NCBI RefSeq assembly: GCF_009914755.1
Contig: NC_060928.1
From: the human T2T-CHM13v2.0 reference genome, Homo sapiens
Reading direction: 5' to 3' (one strand)
Length of the DNA stretch: 64,000 nt
Positions 58,412-64,000 of the stretch are shown here, piece after piece (position 1 is the stretch's first letter; every line of letters starts with the position of its first letter). The translations under genes and the position numbers were made by a program. The notes under the pieces were generated by a model. The model did no database searches, was not told the origin of the DNA, and saw only the letters and a program-made list of their open reading frames with translations.

Positions 58412-61400
58412 CAGACACACCTCATTTTACTGCTTTGTGCATTATTGTGTTTCACAGGTATTGCATATTTTACAAATTAAAGATTTCTGGCAACCCTTGG
58501 TCAAGCAAGTCTACTGACAGCATTTTTCCAACAGCATGTGCTCACTTCAAGTCTCTGTGTCACAGTTTGGTTATCCTCCCAATATTTCAGACTTTTTCAT
58601 TACTACTGTACCTGTTATGGTGATCTATAATTAGAGATCTTCAATGTTACTATTGCAGTTGTTTTGGGGCAACACAAATTGCTCCCATGTAAGATGGCTA
58701 ATTTAACTGACAAATGTTGTGTATGTTCCGCCTGCTCCACTGGCTGTTTCCCTTATCTCTCTCCCTCTCCTCAGGCCCTGCTATTCTCAGAGACACAACA
58801 GTGTTATTATTAGGCCTATTAATAACTCTATAATGGCCTTCAAGTATTCAAGTAAAAGGAAGAATTTACATGTCTTACTTAAAAACAAAAGCTACAAATG
58901 ATCCAGCTTAGTTAGAAAGGCACGTTAAAAGCTGAAATACACTGAAAGCTAGGACCCCTGTGCCAGATAGTTTACCAAATTGTGAATGCAAAGAAAATGT
59001 TCTTGAAGAAAGTGAAAATTGCTACTCCAGTGAACATACAAGAGATGAGAAGCTAAAGAGCTTATTTCTGACATGGAAAATGCTTTACTGGTCTGAGTAA
59101 AAGATCAAACCAGTCACAATATTCCTTTAAGCCAAAACTTAATCCAGAGCATGGCCCTAACTCTCTTCAACTCATAAAGGCTAAAGGAAGTGATAAAGTT
59201 GCAGAAGAAAAGTTTGAAGCTAGCAGAGTTTGATCCATGAATTTTAAGGAAAGAAGCTATCTCTAAAACATAAAAGCACAAGGTGAGGCAATAAATGCTG
59301 ACATAGAAGCTGCAGCAAATTATCCAGAAGATCTATCTAAGATAACTGATGAAGGTGGCTACACTAAATAACATATTTTCAATATAGAAAAATAGTTTTA
59401 TATTGAAAGAAAATGTCATCTAGAACTTTTATAGCTAGAAAGGATAAGTCAATGCCTGAATTCAAAGCATCAGAAAACAACCAACAAAATGCCAGGAGTG
59501 AGTCCATATCTATCAATACAAACCTGGAGGGTAAACAGTCTCAAATCCCCAATTAAAAGACATAAACCAGCTCAATAAATTTTTAAAAATGACCCAGCTA
59601 TATGATGCTTACGAGAAACTCACTTTACTTGCAAAGACATACATAAACTGAAAGTAAAGGAATGGAAAAAGATATCCCTTGCAAATGCAAACCAAAAAAA
59701 AAAAGCAGAAGTAGCTATACTTACATCAGATAAAATATTCTTTAAGTAAAAAACTATAAAAAGAGACAAAGAAGGTCTTTATATAATTATAAAGGGGTAA
59801 ATTCAGCAAGACGATATAACAATAGTAAATATGTATGCACCAAATATCTAAAACAAGTTTAACAGATCTAAAGGGAAAGATAGACTACAATACACAATAA
59901 TAGTAAGGGACTTAAATAGTCCACTTTTGACAATGGATACATCATCTAGGCAAAAATCAACAATGGATAGATCATCTAGGCAAAAATCAACAAAATAATT
60001 GGAGGCAAATGATATTCTAGACCAAGTGGACCTAACACATATTTACAGAACATTTTATCCAGCTGCAACAGATTACACATTCTTCTCATCAGCAAATAGA
60101 ACATTCCCCAGCATAGACCATAGACCATATGTTGGGCCACAAAACTAAAAGTAGGATATATCCCAGCAATAAGATTGCTGGATCATATGATCAACTGCCA
60201 TATGATTCAGCAATCTCCAATTGCTAGAATACATGCAAAAGAAGAAAACAATCAGTATATCAAAGAAATAGCTGCACTCTCATGTTTATTGCAGCACAAT
60301 TTATAGTATCCAAGATGTGCTATTAACCTAAGTGTCTATCAATAGATGAATAGATTTTTTAAATGTGATACATATACACATTAGAATATTATTCAGCCAT
60401 GAAAAAGAAAGAAATCATATCATTTGCAACAACCTGGATGGAGCTGGCAGTCATTATGTTAATGAAGAAGCCAGGCCCAGAACAACAACTATTACATATT
60501 CTCAGTCATATGTGGGAGCTAAAAACATGGATATCATGGAGAGAGTAGAATGGTAGTCACCAGTGGCTGGGAAGGGAAGAGGAGGAATAAAGAGAAGTTT
60601 GTTAATGGGCACAAAGATACATAAAAGAAATAGGTTCTACTATTTGACAGTACAGTAGGAAAATTACAGTTAATAAGAACTTATTGTATATTTCAAATTA
60701 GCTAGAAGAGAAGAATTATAATGTCTCTAAAACAAAGATAAATGTTTAAAGTGATGGATATCCCAATTTCCCTGATTTGATCATTACATATATCAAAATA
60801 TCATATGTGCTCAAAAGATATATACAACTCCCATGTTTCTTGCAGCACAAAAATGATACAGCAATAAAAATAAAATAAAAGCAAAAACGTAAAAACATAC
60901 ATTTCGAAAGACTACAGGAGCCATAGATAGTGATTCCTATGCTGGATCTGGGCAATGTAAATGAAAACCTTCTGGAAAGAAATTGCCATTCAAGTTGTCA
61001 TTAAGAACATTTGTGATTCATGGGAGAAGGCCAAAATGTCAACATTAACAGGAGTTTTGGAAGGAGTTGATTTCTACCCACATAGATGACTTTGAGGGGT
61101 TCAAGTCTTCAGTGGTGGAAATAATTGTGTAGGTGGTGGAAATACCAGGGGAACTAGAATTAGAAGTGCAACCTAAAGATGTAACTGAATTGCTGCCATC
61201 TGATTATTAAACCTTATCAAATGAGTAGTTGTTTCTTATGGATAAGCAAAGACAGTGGTTTCTTCAGATGGAATCTCCTTCTGATGAAGATGCTGTGAAT
61301 ATTGTTTAAATGACAGCAAAGGATTTAGACTATTACATAAACTTAGTTGGTAGAGCAGCAGCAAGGTTTGAGAAAATTGACTCTAACTTTGAAAGAAATT

Positions 61401-61844
61401 TTGCTGTGGGTAAAATGCTCTCAAACAGCATTGCATGCTACGGGTAACTCCTTCATGAAAGGAAGGGTCAATTGATGTAGCAAACTCCACTGTTGTCCTG
61501 TTTTAAGAAGTTGCCACAACCACCCTACCTTATGCAACCACTACCCTTATCAGTTAGCAACCATTGACATTGAGGCAAGACCCTCGACCAGCAACAAGAT
61601 TATGACTCACTGAAGGCTCAGATGATTGTCAGCATATTTTAGTCATAAAGTATTATTAAAATAAGGCATGCACATTGTTTTTTCAGACATAATGCTACTG
61701 TACACTTAATAGACACAGTATAGTGTAAATATAACTTTTATTTGCACTGGGTAACCAATAATTTGTAGTGACTCACTTTATTGTGAAATTTGCATTATTA
61801 AGGTGGTCTGGAACCAAATCCACAGTACCTCCAAGGTATGCCTG
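58412..61844 (+). mobile_element. Tigger1 DNA transposon with both termini, internally replaced by an L1 segment
   Basis: Left end TA-cagacacacctcatttta; right end gtggtctggaacc...ccaaggtatgcctg; transposase remnants gcagaagaaaagtttgaagctagcagag and tagatagtgattcct. Confidence 0.93.
59474..60895 (+). mobile_element. Rearranged L1MA segment (endonuclease region fused to 3' end) inside Tigger1
   Basis: ORF2 start region aacaaaatgccaggagtgagtcc to catagaccatatgttgggccacaaaac, then a short inversion, then an L1MA 3' UTR. Confidence 0.85.
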
Positions 61845-62139
61845 CAGTTATCATCTCTCTATAAATCCAAAACAATTGCCTTAGAGAAGAAGCATGACAT
61901 AGTAGAAAGGATCAGAATCCTAACTCCAGTATCTACCAACTGTGTGAACATACGCTGTTTACTTACTCTCTTTGACCACTAGTTAAATTATTTAAAATAT
62001 AAGTAAATTGGTTGGCACATAGTTCATCTTTGCTAAAATAATATGCTTCCTTCTCTGTAAGTGTGCCAATGTGACTTGAGAAGATAAAACAAAAGTCATA
62101 GTTTATGGAAATCTTTTTTGATCATTTACAGAAGTAATA

Positions 62140-62295
62140 ATCTAGAAATCATGCTTGGTTTAATAATCATGAAATAATCTAGATTGAGATTTCTGGGCCA
62201 CAACACAAATCTACTAAATTGTTCCAAAATTATATGCAAAAATCTTTTTAGATAATTCTGATGATTAGCCATCGAGGGGCAATACTATCCTAGAC
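62140..62295. mobile_element. MER5-like hAT remnant
   Basis: gatttctgggcccac...ataattctgatg...tactatcctaga. Confidence 0.45.
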
Positions 62296-63023
62296 CTTTT
62301 AATAAACGCGAAGAAGCATATTTAAAATAACTGGCAATAAATTTCTTTAGAATTAAAATAGCAAGACTAAACTGTGAGAAATGGTACACACTTATTTGCA
62401 TCTTCTAAAGTCTGAAGTCTCTTTATTTTGGCCATATGTCTAGGTTCTGATTTTTTTTACAGTGTATGCTAATACCTATGTAGAAAAGAGTAAATAAATG
62501 TCACTCTTGGCAAGTATTGACAGTATCTTACTTATTATTCAAGTAGATAGTCTTTATAATCTAACATTATCATTATAAATTCCTAAAGATCATCATTTCT
62601 AGCCAATCAAATGTGCTGTTCGCTGGAAAAAGCTATATTTTTGCATTACAAAATGCTTTGCTATTTGCTACATCTTGCTTAGAGCTCCCTGTATCGTTCA
62701 TGACATATGACATTGTAATGGAAAGATACACATGTGGAGCCACGTACTGTGCTCCATTAACTCTATTTGTTTACTTAGTGAACGCTTCAGCCACTGCCTC
62801 TAAATAACTCCTCTTTCTGGGTCAAGAACACAAAATGACAAATGGAGTGTAAGTTTACAGAAAATGATTCAAGAGTTACTTCTCCTTATCTCAGGTTGCT
62901 ATATATCCTAAGAATCAGAGCTCTGGAAAGGTCCTCAGGTATCTAGTTCATGCTCCTGAATACAGGCTAGACCTTATATCCAGCTAAAAAAGAAAATTTT
63001 TGAGACTACATATGGAAAAATGA

Positions 63024-63027
63024 GTGT

Positions 63028-63060
<33 letters not shown>
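63024..63060. repeat. (TG)n microsatellite
   Basis: gtgtgtgtat followed by (GT)n. Confidence 0.95.
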
Positions 63061-63064
<4 letters not shown>

Positions 63065-63293
63065 TGGCATGTAAAATGCAATAAAAAATATCATGTTTTT
63101 AAATCAATGATAACCTATTCAAGAGCCTTTTCATAGTATAGAGAAATTACTCCTGGATATTACTAATTTTGTAAATATATACACTTCATTCAGTGGCTTG
63201 GAGTCATCAGATTGGTTAGTCTATTCTGTTTCCTAGCTTATCAACACCAGAGCTCTGCTTACCCAGGAACACAGCAATATGTAGCCTAAGTAG

Positions 63294-63635
<342 letters not shown>

Positions 63636-63704
63636 TAATACTGCGTATCTTAAAATATCTTTTTCATGCTACATAATTTGAAGTGTATTTTCTCATCCTA
63701 TTAA

Positions 63705-63950
63705 TAGGTTAAATTCAATGAGGGCTCTAGAGCTTGACTTCATGTCTTCAAATCCAGTGTCCACTACTTTATAGCTGAGTAGTCATAGATAAGTTCCTTA
63801 AGCTCCTTGTGCCGCTCAATTAACTATCTATTAAAAAATAAATAAAACCATCCTTTAAGACTGTTGAGATAAAGTGAGATCATCCATTTACATAAAGCCC
63901 AAAAAGCAACGTCTGGCCCATTGTAAGTGCTCTGTGTTTGCTGTTAAATT
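63705..63950 (+). mobile_element. MIR SINE
   Basis: gggctctagagc...ttcaaatcc...gtctggcccattgtaagtgctc. Confidence 0.7.
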
Positions 63951-64000
63951 TAATCTCATCATTATTTTAAAATCACCATGAAAAAACTTGGCTGCAATGA

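Noticed and set aside
58412-61844. Tigger1 transposase as a domesticated or intact gene
   Set aside because: The frame is broken repeatedly and part of the coding region is replaced by L1 sequence

Overview
This is AT-rich primate (almost certainly human) genomic DNA, shown by AluS/AluJ, L1PA/L1MA, MIR, L2, MaLR/ERVL LTRs, Tigger1 and an Hsmar1/MADE1 end. I can support no protein-coding exon, RNA gene or CRISPR array. The only gene signal is a CpG-island promoter (~20.8-22.0 kb) driving a minus-strand gene. Its non-coding first exon has two strong alternative splice donors (exon ends 21539 and 20856). From memory this leader resembles the 5' UTR of MARCHF1 (MARCH1); that is unverified. Bases 1-20.8 kb would then be intron 1 and 22-64 kb upstream intergenic DNA. 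Most ORFs in the track come from repeats or are short chance frames. I found no new biological system. The best second-look items are: a uORF whose stop codon lies inside the proximal donor; a near-canonical REST RE1 site ~12.5 kb upstream; a perfect solo Hsmar1 TIR (SETMAR site) in intron 1; a (GGAA)17 microsatellite; two twin-primed inverted L1 insertions, one only ~75 bp; a multiply rearranged L1 replacing part of a Tigger1; and an isolated 23-bp Alu head. Repeat subfamily calls and boundaries were made by eye against remembered consensus sequences and are approximate.
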